64,000 nt of DNA from Malacoraja senta (Eukaryota), in assembly GCA_038087875.1 (NCBI GenBank), contig CM075989.1, positions 5,022,001 to 5,086,000 of the forward strand, in the 5' to 3' direction. Both the position numbers and the translations under genes were made by a program. The notes beneath the pieces were generated by a model. It ran no database searches. It had not been told where the DNA came from and was given only the letters and a program-made list of their open reading frames with translations. How positions within the stretch are numbered: the first letter of the stretch is position 1; every line of letters begins with the position of its first letter. This document shows positions 25,621-39,400 of this stretch, in pieces.

Positions 25621-25920
25621 TTTACTTTAGACTTTAGAGATAAAGCATGGAAACAGGCCCTTCGGCCCACCGCGTCCATGCTGACCAGTGATCCCTGACG
25701 CTAGCATGATCCTACGCATTAGGGACAATTTACCATTTTACCAAGCCAATTGACCAACAAACCTGGAAGTCTTTGGAGTGTGGGAGGAAACCGGAGCACC
25801 CGGAGAAAACCCACGCGGCCACAGGGAGAACGTACAAACTCCGTACAGACAGCACCCGTAGTCAGGATCGAACCTGGGTCACTGGCGCTGTGAGGCAGCA
25901 ACTCTAACCTCTACACCGCT
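25621..25920 (-). mobile_element. HE1-like SINE
   Basis: Same consensus. Confidence 0.8.
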
Positions 25921-26366
25921 CAAGCTGCTGCATAATTTAACATGAACACGGTTGATCATCCAGATCAGTTTCCTGTTGCCATTTCCTCCTCTTAGTCCTT
26001 GATCCCTTTAGCATTTGTAAGTCCTCAATAGCATTATAGCATTAATATATAATCCATTGCATTGTTGTGATTCAATTGGATAGCACGCAAGCAAAGCTTT
26101 TAAGTGCATCTCAGTACCGGTGACACTGATAAATAAATACCGAGTCCATCTCTTTCAATACTTTTAATGACATGATCTCCGCTGCCTTCTGTGGTATTTC
26201 TATTGTTTTTTTTATCATGTTTACCAAGATACAGTGAACAACGTTGATTTGTGTGGCATCCAGGCAAATCATGCCGTGCATATTTACATCAGGTAATGCA
26301 AAAGAGAAAATACACAAGCTGCAGAATATAGTGTTTAAGTTAGAGAGCCAGAGCAGATCGGTGTAA

Positions 26367-26885
26367 AGGGGCTGTCCCACTGCGGCAACCTAATCCGCGA
26401 GTTCAGAAGAGTTTGCCCTCGACTCATACACACAGCATAGTCGACACGTGGTCCTAGGAGGTCTTTATGCTCGAGAGTAGTCCCCGCGTACTCGAGGCCT
26501 CAGCTAGGTCGCGGCATATTTTTCAACATGCTGAAAAATGCCTGCGAGTAAAAAAAGGTCGCCATGGAAAAAAATCGATGTTTTTTTTACTCGTAGGTTT
26601 AGTCGAAGTAGGTCGTAGTAGGTCGGCATGTTAGTCGTAGGTAATCGAGGGTAGTCGAAGGTAGTCGTAGATAGTCTTCAACATAGTCGAAGGGAGGTCG
26701 AACGAGATCGAAGGAGGTCGTCTTCACTCTCCACTATTCGGTGTCCAAGTTTCCCGAAGCTAGTCGTAGCTAGTCGAAGCTGGTCTTCATCATAGTCGAA
26801 GGATGTCTTCAACATGACACTTTTTTCAAACTCTCCTAAACTCTTCTAAACTCGCCAATTAGGTCGCCGCAGTGGGACAGGCCCT
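26367..26885. mobile_element. Second copy of the 16590-17111 MITE, opposite orientation
   Basis: Same TIR; interior is a close reverse-complement homologue; TSD not matched. Confidence 0.8.
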
Positions 26886-26899
26886 CAGGACGACAGAGA

Positions 26900-27306
26900 A
26901 TGCTGAGAGAATGGAGTGGCTGGGCTTGTGTACACTGGAGTTTAGAAGGATGAGAGGATATCTTATTGAAACATATAAGATTATTAAGGGTTTGGACATG
27001 CTAGAGGCAGGAAACCAGGGGCCACAGTTTAAGAATAAGGGGTAAGCCATTATGAACAGAGACGAGGAAACACTTTTTCACACAGAGTTGTGAGTGTGGA
27101 ATTCTCTGCCTCAGAGGGCAGTGGAGGCCGGTTCTCTGGATACTTTCAAGAGAGAGCTAGATAGGGCTCTTAAAGATAGCGGAGTCAGGGGATATGGGGA
27201 GAAGGCAGGAACGGGGTACTGATTGGGGATGATCAGCCATGATCACATTGAATGGTGGTGCTGGCTCCAAGGGCCGAATGGCCTACTCCTGCACCTATTG
27301 TCTATT
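26900..27306 (+). mobile_element. CR1 3' fragment
   Basis: Homologous to 48180-48604. Confidence 0.8.
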
Positions 27307-27624
27307 GTGTATTGACAGAGAGGTGTATTGTAAGATCAGTAAATTCATCCCGAGTACGTGAGAGATCTGTTCAAGAACCTGTTAACACTGGGGAAGAAGC
27401 TGTTCTTGAATATCGCGGTACGTGCTTTCAAACTTTTGTATCTTCTGCCCGATGGGAGAGAGAGGAGAAGAGGGAGCGACCTGGATGAATGATTTGATCC
27501 ACAAACCTGCCTTCATTAATGGATCATAGACACAAAAAGCTGGAATAACTCAGCGGGACAGGCAGCATCTCCGGAGAGAAGGAATGGGTGACGTTTCCGG
27601 TCGAGACCCTTCTTCATTAATGGA

Positions 27625-28000
27625 TTGGTAGCCAACAACTTAAAGTTCCTGGGCGTGCATATCTCTGAAGATCTGTCCTGGACACAGCACGTTGAGGCAA
27701 TCATAAGGAAAGCCCACCAACGCCTCTACTTCCTTAGAAGATTGAGGAGCTTTGGTATGTCAATGAATACCCTTGTGATCTTCCACAGTACAGTAGAGAG
27801 CATATTGACGGGTTGCATCACAGCCTGGGTGGCAACTTGATTGCTCAGGAAAGAAAGAGATTACTAAACAATGTCCGGTCCATCACAGGTACGGACCTCC
27901 CCACCATTGAAGGAATCTATAGGAGGCACGGCCTCAAAACGGCAGTTAGCATCATCAAAGACCACACCACCCTGGCCACGCTCTCATTTAATTCCTACCT
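27625..28000 (+). mobile_element. Rex1/Babar-like LINE fragment
   Basis: KFLGVHISEDLSW...KAHQRLYFLRRL...ESILTGCITAW. Confidence 0.75.
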
Positions 28001-28204
28001 TTGAAAAATAGGTGTCCAATGTCGTCGCGTTTTGACGCCAACAAAGTGACAAAAGTTCGCTGAACACGAGGAAGAATGTTATAGAGCTACACCAGTCGCA
28101 AAGTGCAGTAAAACAGAAGATGCGATCTGAACAATTCGCAGCCTCTTTAAAGCTTTGTTGCTAGATCCCTCCAATGAGGTCAAACATTCTTATGTGACAG
28201 TGGA

Positions 28205-28490
28205 GACGTTGGCGACGCAGAGATAGAGCTACTGCCTTACAGCGGCAGAGATGCAGGTTCGATCCTGACTACGGGTGCTGTCCATATGGAGTTTGTACGT
28301 TCTCCCCGTGACCTGAGTGGGTTTCCTCCCACACTCCAAGGTCGTACAGGATGTGGGTTAATTAGCTTGCTGTAAATGTATTGATGTAAAATTGTCTCTA
28401 GTATGTGTAGGGTAGCGTTAATGTGTGGGGATCGCTGGTTGGTACCGACCAGTTGGGCCTGTTTCCGCGTTGCATCTCTACACTAAAATA
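28205..28490 (+). mobile_element. HE1-like SINE
   Basis: Same consensus. Confidence 0.75.
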
Positions 28491-28898
28491 ACCTAATATT
28501 GGGGGGCATCCCTACCTGCTGCCTCTGTACCACAGCTACAGCCTACGCCCCCAATCACAAATTACTCCTCGTGAATAAAGAGTAAAAATATGTAAACCGT
28601 CTTCCTGAACACATATCTCACCCAAAATGATTTCCTTCCTGTTCTGTCAGCTCGGGTAGCTCAAGGACGTTATAGGCCAGAGGGTCAATTTCAAACACCA
28701 GTTCCGAGGAAGAATGTACCTATATACATCTGATTTACCAAGCCCGCTATCTGCAGAAAATATTCATCTGGCATGGACCTGTCAACGACAAGAAAGTGCA
28801 TCTAATGCTCAGTACCGACAGAGACCTATGATCTTCCCATTTACCATTAATAATGAATTCTCCCAAAGGTAAAAGCACAAGTAGAGAATAGTAAAGGG

Positions 28899-29036
28899 GT
28901 GGAAGATTGCAGCCTTCACGTGGTCCGCCCTGTTTCGACTAATGCAATCAACTCGACGTGCACAAACGGAAGATCAAATAAAACAAGTTGTCCAACAATT
29001 TTAGGCTGTGCACGCCACTCGAAAGAAGAAGAAGAG
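28899..29036 (+). mobile_element. Short retroposon with (GAA)n tail
   Basis: Flanked by TAGTAAAGGG direct repeats (28889-28898, 29037-29046). Confidence 0.6.
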
Positions 29037-29709
29037 TAGTAAAGGGCCGCATATGATATATACGCCCACTTTGGTTCGGCATTAAGTAGAAGACTCAGGA
29101 CATCATGTTGCAGCTTCATAAAAGTTTGGTTAGGCACCGTTTGGAGTATTGTGTGCAGTTCTGGTCAAGCCAATGTCAGGAAGGATGCGGAGGCTTTGGA
29201 GAGGGTGCAGAAGAGGTTTACCAGGATGTTGCCTGGATTAGAGGGCATTAGCGACAAGAGGTCGGACAAACTTGGATTGTTTTCCCGGGAATGTTAGAGG
29301 CTGAGGGAAAGCCTGGTAGAAGTTCATAAAAATTATGAGGCAGTCAGAAGCTCTCTTCCGGGTGGCAATATTAAATACTAGAGGGCGTAGCTTTAATGTC
29401 AGAGGGGGGATGCTTAAAGGAGATGCCAGGGCAAGTTGTGGGTGCCTGGAAAACACTGTCAGGCTTGGGGGGGGGGAGGTTTGGGGGGGGGGACAGTAGA
29501 GTTTAGATCGGCATATGAATGGAGGGGTATGGATCATATGCAGGTTGAAAAGAATTGGCATCGTATTTAGAACAGACACTTGGGCTGAAGGGTCTGCACC
29601 TGTGCTGCACAGCTCTATGTTCTATCATTATAATATTCTTTGCACCCATTCAAACTTAATGACATCCTTCGTATAGCTCGGTGACAATAATTGGGGGGGG
29701 GGGGGGGTG

Positions 29710-30289
29710 TGTGGCAGAGTTGCTGCCTTACAGCTTAAATGGGCTGTCCCACTGTACGAGGTAATTCAAGAGCTCTCCCGAGTTTCCCCCGATTCGAACT
29801 CGGAGAATTACGGTAATAGCCGCTCATAGGTACTCAGGGCTCTCGTGGACATTTTTCAACATGTTGAAAAAACTTCACGAGCTTACCACGTTTCCCGAGT
29901 ACCTGCCACTAGCGTTACGAGCCGCTAAGAGACGTCCTGAGCTCCGACGTACCCGCTACGTACTTACGAGTTTGATTTTTTTTCAAACTCGGAAGAGCTC
30001 TTGGGTAAACTCATATAGTGAGACAGGCCTTTTAGAGACCCGGATTTGATCCTGACTACGGGTGCCGTCTGTATGGAGTTTGTACGTTCTCCCTGTGACT
30101 GCGTGGGTTTTCTCCGGGTGCTCCGGTTTCCTTCCACTCTCCAAAGATGTACTGGTTCATAGGTTAATTGGCTTTGATAAAATTATAAATTGTCCCTAGT
30201 GTGTAGGATAGTGGAAGTATACGAGGTGATCGCTGATCGGCGCGGATTTCGTGGGTCGAAGGGCCTGTTTCCACGCTGTATCTCTAAAG
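29710..30289 (+). mobile_element. HE1-like SINE split by a MITE
   Basis: Head before 29738, body after 30031. Confidence 0.75.
29738..30031. mobile_element. Harbinger-like MITE inserted in an HE1 SINE head
   Basis: GGGCTGTCCCACT...AGTGAGACAGGCC termini; TTA on both sides; interrupts gccttacagc/agagacccgg. Confidence 0.7.
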
Positions 30290-30444
30290 TGCACACAGCA
30301 CTCAGTGTGGTACAGTTGTAACGTGACATCCCAGCCTGCGTATTGGCTGCCCTGACTGCTAAAGGCAAGCGTGCCAAACATCACCTTGCCCATAAATTTG
30401 ATCAATGAAAATCAGGTTCAAATAGCTGGATGGAGAGACAATCA

Positions 30445-30830
30445 ATTGAGGCCAAACACAAATTGGAGGACACCTGGGCAGCTTACAACCCAGCGGTATA
30501 TTGATTTCTCTAACTTCAAGAAACACTTGCATCCCATCTCTCTCCATCCCTCCCCCACCCAAGTCATTGCACCAGCTTCAAAGCCTTGTTGAGTGTCATT
30601 GTCTGTAACTCGCTGTCACTGAGGCCACAGCTAACAACGACCTGTTCACTTCATCATCATTACTTTTTTGCATATCTTTCATTCATTTGTTCTATATCTC
30701 TCTCTCTCTCTCGCTATATCACCATCTATATCTCTCGTTACCCTATCCTCTGACTCAGTCTGAAGAAGGGTTTCGACCAGAAATGTCACCTATTCCTTTT
30801 CTCAAGAGATACTGTCCAGTTACTCCGGCT
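30445..30830 (+). mobile_element. PLE 3' fragment
   Basis: Decayed LGSLQPSG..IDFSNFK coding remnant; homologous to 2258-2560; degenerate hammerhead near 30760. Confidence 0.65.
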
Positions 30831-32869
30831 TACTGTGCCCATCAACCAATAGACTTTGTTGGGTCTCTTTCATCGCCAGAGTATTTGCTGTCCGGTGGGC
30901 TGATACCACTGGCATGTCTGTAGAGATTGGAAGAATTACATTGTTCCAACTCATTGTAAAGATGGGTTCCCCAGACTATGCCTTTAATGGGCTGTCAATT
31001 AGTTGTTCAAATATAGTCAATGCTATTTAAGGGCAGAAGAAACAGAAGTGAGCTTTCTAGCCCATGTTCTGCATGCAATATTGCATCTAATCTACCTCAT
31101 CCATTTCCTGTCTAATTCTCTGAGCAAAGATGTCAACCTTGGCAAGTGAAGATCACACTCGGGGAACTAAACGTTTTTCTTTTAAAAACGAAACAATTGG
31201 TTGGCAAATGTTATGCTTCGTGAGCTATTTGTCCCTATGCTCCTGAAAAGTGTACGGCTCGTTCAGTTTCACCCATTCTCCTCCCTTGTACAACAAATTG
31301 TAATGCCTTTATGTCATCTAATCAATACTTCCTCATCTAACAAGATCTCTCTGCACAACAGCTTTGAAAGATTGAGAATGGAGGTCTTAGCCATTTAATT
31401 TGGTTTCTTGGAATGTGTCATTAAAGCACTTCAACATTCAGAATTTTTATTCAAAGTCCCTTCATAAAATTCCAAATCTTCAATCCATAACGTGAATCAG
31501 AAGCTGGCATGAAGCTGTTCGTTCTCAAATTGTTCAATTCGCAGAATATTTTTGTCCATGCTGTTTACCTGGAAGATAGGCACAAAAACTGGAGTAACTC
31601 AGCGGGTTAGGCAGCATCGGTAATGAAGGCAAGAAGTGGATGTTGATGTCTGTTAGTTAGACACTGAAGGAGCCTGACAACTAAACTGACTCAATCAACA
31701 ACTGGTGGCCATGTAGATTCTCCAACACACTAGGCTGTCACAGCATGCTTCAAGTGACTAATGTTCCCAATCCAAAAGCAAAGGGTCTTTTAATGTCCTC
31801 CGTGCTCAGAAATCACATAGGCTGTTGGAAATTTGGAGGTCTCCAGGTCCTCCGAGCTCAGAAATCAAGGCACATGGGCTTAAGTAGGGCTTATGGTAAA
31901 GTCCCTCATGGAAGGCTGGTCCAGAAGATGAAGTCACGTAGGATCACGTGGTGAGTTGGTAAGTTAGACACTAAACTGGCTTGGTCATAGATAACAGAGG
32001 CTAGTGATGGAGGACATGTTGAAAAAAACCAGAGGGTCATGCCCAAATTGTTCAATTTGCAGTATATTTTTGTCAATGCTGTTTAGTGGATCAGTGTTGG
32101 GATCCATGTGCTGTATATGAAAATTGGAGGAGGTGTGGATAGTGCTGACAGAATACGCAGGATTTTGATCAGATGGAAATTTGAGCAGAGAAATGGCAGA
32201 ATCACATTTTTCTATCTGGGACATATGACAATAAAACACTCTTGACACAGGTGTGAGGGAATGCATTTTGGGAAGTCAAATGCAAAGGGAAAGTATACCG
32301 TTAATGGCAGCACCGTTGGGAACATTAATGGGATCTCGGGGCATATGTTTGCGGGATGAAGGGCATGTTTCTGTCTGTTCCTCTATACGTTGTATTAACT
32401 TTAGATTTTAGAAATCTAAAGTGAAAAATACCACTGGCAGGCTCACTGCAAAAGAAATATTCTCTAATTTTAAGAGCCCTCAGTCATAGCTCATACACAC
32501 CACTTGGTCTAATGGTTAACATTTCAAGTCCCACACTAATGAGCTTGAAAACAAAACGTATACTGAGAAACCAGTGTAGGACGAAGGAAGCATTGCCAAC
32601 TGGAGCGACTGTGTTTCAGATCAAAACCAGTCTGTGTCCTGAGAACAACTTCTGTGAAATATTCTGTACCAGTTTTTTAAGAGAAGGGAGTTCTATGCAG
32701 TGTTCCAGCCAATATTTTACCTCAAATAATCTATACAACAGTACAGCACAGGAGCAGACCCTCTGGTCCACAATTAAACAAGCCAAATCAAACTAACCTT
32801 CTGCCTGCACACAATCCATATCCCTCCATATCAGGTGCCTATCTCAAAGCCGCTTAAATGACACTATTA

Positions 32870-34504
32870 CAGTGCCCTCCATAATGTTTGGGACAAAGAC
32901 CCATCATTTATTTATTTGCCTCTGTACTCCCCAATTTGAGATTTGTAATAGAAAAAAAATCACATGTGGTTAAAGTGCACATTGTCAAATTGTATTAAAG
33001 GCTATTTTTATACATTTCGGTTTAACCATGTAGAAATAGTGTTTATACATAGTCCCCCCCATTTCAGGGCACCATAATGTTTGGACACATGGCTTCACAG
33101 GCGTTTGTAATTGCTCACGTGTGTTTAATTGCCTCCTTAATGCAGGTATAAGAGAGCTCTCAGCATCTAGTCTTTCCTCCAGTCTTTCCATCACCATTGG
33201 AAATGTTTATTGCTCTTTATCAACATGAGGATCAAAGTTGTGCCAATGAAAGTCAAAGAAGGCATTATGAGACTGAGAAACAAGAATAACACTGTTAGAG
33301 ACATCAGCCAAACGTTAGGCTTATCATAATCAACTGTTTGGAACATCATTAAGAAAAAGGAGATCACTGGTGAGCTTACTAATCACAACGGGACTGGCAG
33401 GCCAAGGAAGACCTCCACAGCTGATAACAGAAGAATTCCCTCTATAAGAAAAATCCCCAAACACCTGTCCGGCAGATCAGAAACACTCTTCAGGAGTGAG
33501 GTGTGGATTTGTCAATGACCACAGTCCGCAGAAGACTTCATGAACAGAAATACAGAGGCTACACGGCAAGATGCAAACCACTGGTTAGCCGCAAAAATAG
33601 GATGGCCGGGTTACAGTTTGCCACGAAGTACTTAAAAGAGCAACCACAAGTTCTGGAAGGTGGTCTTGTGAACAGATGAGACGAAGATTAATTTATATCA
33701 GAGTGATGGCAAGAGCAAAGTATGGAGGAGAGAAGGAACTGCCCAAGATCCAAAGCATACCTCCTCATCTGTGAAACACGGTGGTGGGGGTGTTATGGCC
33801 TGGGCATGTATTGAACTGGCTCACTTATCTTCATTGATGATACAACTGCTGATGGTAGTAGCATAATGAATTCTGAACTGTATAGACACATCCTATCTGC
33901 TCAAGTTCAAACAAATGCCTCAAAACTCATTGGCCGGCGGTTCATTCTACAGCAAGACAATGATCCCAAACATACTTCTAAAGCAACAAAGGAGTTTTTC
34001 AAAGCTAAAAATTGGTAAATTCTTGAGTGGCCAAGTCAATCACCCGATCTGCCCAATTGAGCATGCCTTTCATATGCTGAAGAGAAAACTGAAGGGGACT
34101 AGCCCCCAAAACAAGCATAAGCTAAAGATGGCTGCAATACAGGCCTGGCAGAGCATCACCAGAGAAGACACCCAGCAACTGGTGATGTACATGAATCGCA
34201 GACTTCAAGCAGTCATTGCATGCAAAGGATATGCAACAAAATACTAAACATGACTACTTTCATTTACATGACATTGCTGTGTCCCAAACATTATGGTGCC
34301 GTGAAATGGGGGGACTATGTTATAAACACTGCTGTAATTTCTACATGGTGAAACCAAAATGTATAAAAACGGCCTTTAATAAAATCTGACAATGTGCACT
34401 TTAACCACTTGTGATTTTTTTCTATTACAAATCTCAAAATTGTGGAGTACAGAGGCAAATAAATAAATGATGGGTCTTTGTCCCAAACATTATGGAGGGC
34501 ACAG
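32870..34504 (+). mobile_element. Tc1/mariner DNA transposon, IR/DR type, full length, decayed transposase
   Basis: ~200-bp TIRs starting CAGTGCCCTCCATAATGTTTGGGACA, with an inner direct repeat (caccataatgtttgg); TA on the left. Confidence 0.93.
33225..34247 (+). pseudogene. Tc1 DD34E transposase pseudogene
   Basis: Motifs GRPRKT, TDETKINL, VKHGGGGVMAW, LQQDNDPKH, WPSQSPDL-PIEH and a GYATKY* end; several stops and frameshifts. Confidence 0.92.
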
Positions 34505-35857
34505 TGTATCTGTTCCTGCCATTGTCCCAGCATTGTATTCCAGGCACTAAACTAAACACTCAACAAATCTTGCCTCGCACATCTCCTTTAAACATTTGCC
34601 TCCTAACCCTAAACCCATGCCTTCCAGTATTTTGACTGTCTAGTATATCTCCGCCTCTCATAATTTTAATAAACTTTTTTCAGATCTCCTCTCAGCCTCC
34701 AACTCTCCAGAGTAAATAATCCAAGCTTGACCAACCTGTCATTTGTAGCTAATATTGTCAAATCTAGGCAGCAGCCTGGTAAACCACCTCTGCATCCTCT
34801 TCAAAGCTTCCATGTCTTTCCTGTAAGGTGGTGATCGGAATTGCATGCAATGTTCCAAATACAGTCTAACCAAAATTTAAAATTCAGCAAAATAACTTCC
34901 TGAAATATTACAATCAGTGCCTCAATCAATGAAATCATCTGTATTTTTTTTAACCACACAATCTACTTGCTACTTTCAGGGAACTTCCAAGATGCAGGAC
35001 AGAATTCCACAGGAGATCCTTATTCCCTGTGGCTAGCAAACTATACAACTCCTCCCCCTTCTGCCGTGAAGTAGACTGAGAGTGACTCCCCCCCCCCCCC
35101 CCCCGGAAATCATTACACATCCCCAATCCGTTCCACTCGTCATTTTAATTTAATGTTTCATGTATTTTGTGTTTTTATTGCTGTTGGCAGATCAATTTCT
35201 CTCCTGGGATATAGAAAGTTCCATCATATCACATCGTATCTAATTGTGGACATGGACCACTGGACCTCTGTACATCCCTGTTGTTGAGGGTCCTGCTATT
35301 AACTGTCTACTTCTCCCTTATATTTGGTGTCCAAAAGTGCAACACCTTACCCTTGGCCAGATTAAACTCCATCTGCCATTCCTCCGCCCATATTTACAAC
35401 TGGTCTATGTCCTGCCCTATCCGTTGATATTCTTCGCTGTTCAACTCCACCACTTTTTCTGTAATCTGCAAGCTTACTAATCAACCCATTTACAGTTTTC
35501 TTCAAGTCATTTATATGTAGTCACAAATAACAGAGGTCCCAGCACAGACCTCAGCCAGAGTGACGTCCTTCCACCACCACCCTGTCAGGAATTCCCTGCC
35601 ACAGAGGGCAGTGGAGGCCAAATCACTGGATGGATTTAAGAGAGAGTTAGATAGAGCTCTAGCGGGCTAGTGGAATCAAGGGACAGGGGGAGAAGCAGGC
35701 ACAGGTTATTGATTGGGGACGATCAGCCATGATCACAATGAATGGCAGTGCTGGCTCGAAGGGTCGAATGGCCTCCTCCTGCACCTATTTTCTATGTTTC
35801 TCTGAATAAGACAATTCTGAACCCAAATAACCATCACTATAGATGCTGTGCATCTTA

Positions 35858-36473
35858 AAGGCCTGTCCCACTTGGACCTTCATTTACGAGACAGGCTGGT
35901 AGTGACTGACGCGCGACGGTCGCGCGCGTCATCATGCGCCCGCACAGCCGTCTGGAGCACGTGACGTCATTTGAAGATGGACACAAAATGCAGGAGTAAC
36001 TCAGCGGGACCGGCAGCATCTCTGGAGAGAAGAAATGGATGATGTTTCGGGTCAAACCTCTTCTTCAGTCTGAAGGCTCTCGACCCGAAACGTCACCCAT
36101 TGCTTCTCTCCAGAGATGCTGCCGGTCCCGCTGAGTTACTCCAGCATTTTGTGTCTATCTCCAATCGTCTTGGCCCCGCTCTGGGAGTAGGAGTGGGGGC
36201 GGATCCGGATCCGCAACGGCCGTGAGCCCCAGGCCGAGCTCAGCGATCGTTTGCCTGCTTCTGCTGCTGTTGGAGGTAAGACGTTGCGCCTGTCCCACTT
36301 TGGCCGTCAGTTACGCGACAGGCCGGTGGCGCACGAAGACTTTGTGCAGGACGAAGTCCACACTCCTCCTTGCCACTCTCCTCCACACCACTCCATGCGC
36401 CCGTCCCGCGCTACCCACACGCTAGCAGGTCGCGTAAATGGCGCGTGAAAGACAGCCAAGTGGGACAGGCGCT
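35858..36473. mobile_element. Composite Harbinger-like MITE containing an inverted PLE-end pair
   Basis: TIRs AAGGCCTGTCCCACTTGG / CCAAGTGGGACAGGCGCT, TTA TSD; extra internal TIR-like copy near 36286. Confidence 0.75.
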
Positions 36474-39400
36474 TTACTCTTCTGGATAAGCCTTCTTTGT
36501 CATTATCACATTGAAGTAATGTGTGTGAATTGTTTGCTGCACATACCCCAACATTGATCACCTTTTCTCTAAAACAAAGTAACTGGAATACTATGAAGCG
36601 TGTTATACAATTGCTTAGATATTAGTCTTTAAGATAGCAACGATAGTGTGCACGGGAAGACTGTGCGGAGTTGGTACGCGTGGGTTTTCTCCCAGTGCTC
36701 TGGTTTCCTCCCACATTCCAAAGACGTACAGGTTTGTAGGTTAATTGGCTTCTGTAAAATTGTCCCTGGTGCCTCGGATAGTGCTAGTGTACAGGGATCA
36801 CCGGTTGGTGTGGACTCGGTGGGCCGACGGGCCTGTTTCCGCGCTGTATCTTTAAACTAAACTAAACAGGAAGCATCTAAAGAAAGAGAATCTCTAAACT
36901 AAACTAAGACTTCGCAAGCGCACAGATGGACAAAAACACTTTAAAAAAAGGAGTTGAGACATTTGTACTAATTCCTCAGATTTACAACTTTTATTTCAAC
37001 AATTCAGAACATAAAACACAAACTCATGAAAACAATTCTATAAAATTCTGCAACAGTATTAGTGTAATAAAGAAAATAATTAATTTTAATACATCTTTAA
37101 TTACATTGCACAATTCCATATAAGCGAACAGGTTTAAAAATAGAATGCCGTTTATTGTCATTTAAACCACAAGGTTTAAACAAAATTACGTTCCTGCAGT
37201 CATAACAACAACAAAACCAAAACACACAAAACTTGTGCATCTTACACACGTAGATAAACATTGCATTGCTAGTTGCTTCTTGCTTCAATTTGTGGTACTG
37301 AACAAGACTCAGAATCTCATTTAATTATTGATTCCCCTGGGATAAACTGATCAAACTCATTTGCTCAGATCACACACACTGGTGCTTTACCTTAAGATCA
37401 CAAGCCCAGGCACCAGCCCCCCTTCAACACGAGATGTAACGGAGCAAGGGATGCGATTGGGATCTTCCGTTTCTGGAGGCGGATACTGCTACTACATAGT
37501 GTGTCTTGGAGAAGAAACCATCATTAAGATCAAGTCCTTCACTTCCACAGGCATAATCGTCATAGCAGGCACATCTGCCAATTCAAATTATACTTGTTCT
37601 TCACCATAAGTCCAGGATCTAAACTTTGCAGTATGATCCACCATTTTAACGCCAATGTGTCCACCCCAAGGTCCTGTTACCACGCACGCTACTGATCTGA
37701 TAACTGGCACTCTGGAATTGGTCATTTCTATCTGCATTTCACGTTGCATATCCCAACTAGTGGACACATTGTCCAGAGAGCTGTGCAAGTGTCACAGTGC
37801 AAGGCAAGTGAATTGGAGACCACATATTCACATCACACGAATCCAGCAAACATAACGTTCACTCGTTCTCTATAAACAAAAGCCACCGCAACAATTACAA
37901 AATAAAGAAAAACTGGATAAAGAGCAGCCAGCCTTTCACAAGACACTGAATTACAAAAGATGATAAAATAATCAGATTTGTGCTGTCACTTTGCAAAAGG
38001 CCATAATATCTTCATTGGTATTTCTTAATTTCATTCTTACAATGAATTATTTTCAGCATGAACAATAAACTGCCATCCTCTTCCTACCTAACAATTATAA
38101 AAGATCAGTCCTAAGCACAACAGAATCAATTTAATTTGCTTATATCAGTCATTTTAAAAACATTTTACTTTTCTACGGTCTGAAGAAGGGTCCTGACCTG
38201 AAACGTCACCCATCATTTTCTCGATAGATGCTGCCTGATCCGTTGACCTACTCCATCACTTTGTGTCTATCTTCAGTTCATACCAACATCTGCAGTTCTT
38301 TTCTACACGTTTTTTTAACTTTTGGATGTTCTGCATCTCTACTCCTTCGCCCATTTCAGGACCTTGCAAATGTGCCAAGAGGCATTAGAAGCCCTGATCT
38401 CCATCGCTGATACTCTGGAACAGCCGATGGTCGCCTTAGCAAGAATGGAATCGGCCACGATGCTTCAACGATGCAATGAGAACCTAGTGTTAGGACATTC
38501 ACACCAGAATCCTCACCCCATCCTTTTGTCCCACTGTATGGCGATAGAAAACTTGCTCTCAGACTTGTATTCTTATCCTTAGAGGATGAGGAATAATAAG
38601 ATGAAAAGATTATCTTATTTGAGGGGAAATACGTCACTTTATCACACACTGTCCTTTCGCACGCATATGCAAGGTATTGCCTAAAAACATAATACTTAAT
38701 AATGCCAAAAATAAATAATTAAATCCAGACCAACATTAAAAATGCAATTGTATCTTCATTTCATGGCCTGGTAGATGTCAATATCAAAGGAGTAAGGCAA
38801 AATCCATTGATCCATCTGGGTTTGCAGCTGGATTCAAATTCATCTGAATGAAGGGGCAACAACTACACATATTGTGAATTGTAATCAGTGGTAAACAATG
38901 TGGATTTGGAGAGAAACAAATGTAAACTCAACATTTATAAAACAGTCAAGATCTCTTACAGTTGACAAATTAATAGTTTGCAAACACAACCTACAGGAAA
39001 TGTACAGTTTCTCTATTGACATCAGAAATAGGAAAATCACCAAATATCCAAGTGCATAACTGGACAGCTCTCTCGCTCCCATCTTGATGCTAACATGGTG
39101 GGTCGGGGTATTTTTTGAGCCATTTGTGGATTGTATTATCTTGGTGATTTAGCGCTTAATGGAGTACAGGTGCCAGGAGTTATGGGAAGGAGGCAGGAAA
39201 ATGGGGTTGTGTGGGAAAGATAGATCAGCCATGATTGAATGGCAGAGTAGACCTGATGGGCTGAATACCTTATGAACAATCCCACCCTAACAAATTGGGG
39301 ATAAATGCAGACCATGTGCCCCAAATATGGTCCCGTACAGCACTGCATTATTCAGCGCTTCATATGGGAACCTTGTATGCCACAGGCTGAAACATGCCAA

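Noticed and set aside
37361..37855. Possible extra exons or gene between RLBP1 and ABHD2
   Set aside because: Short ORFs with no recognisable protein similarity or consistent splice structure; likewise 14514-14828 and 21046-21456.
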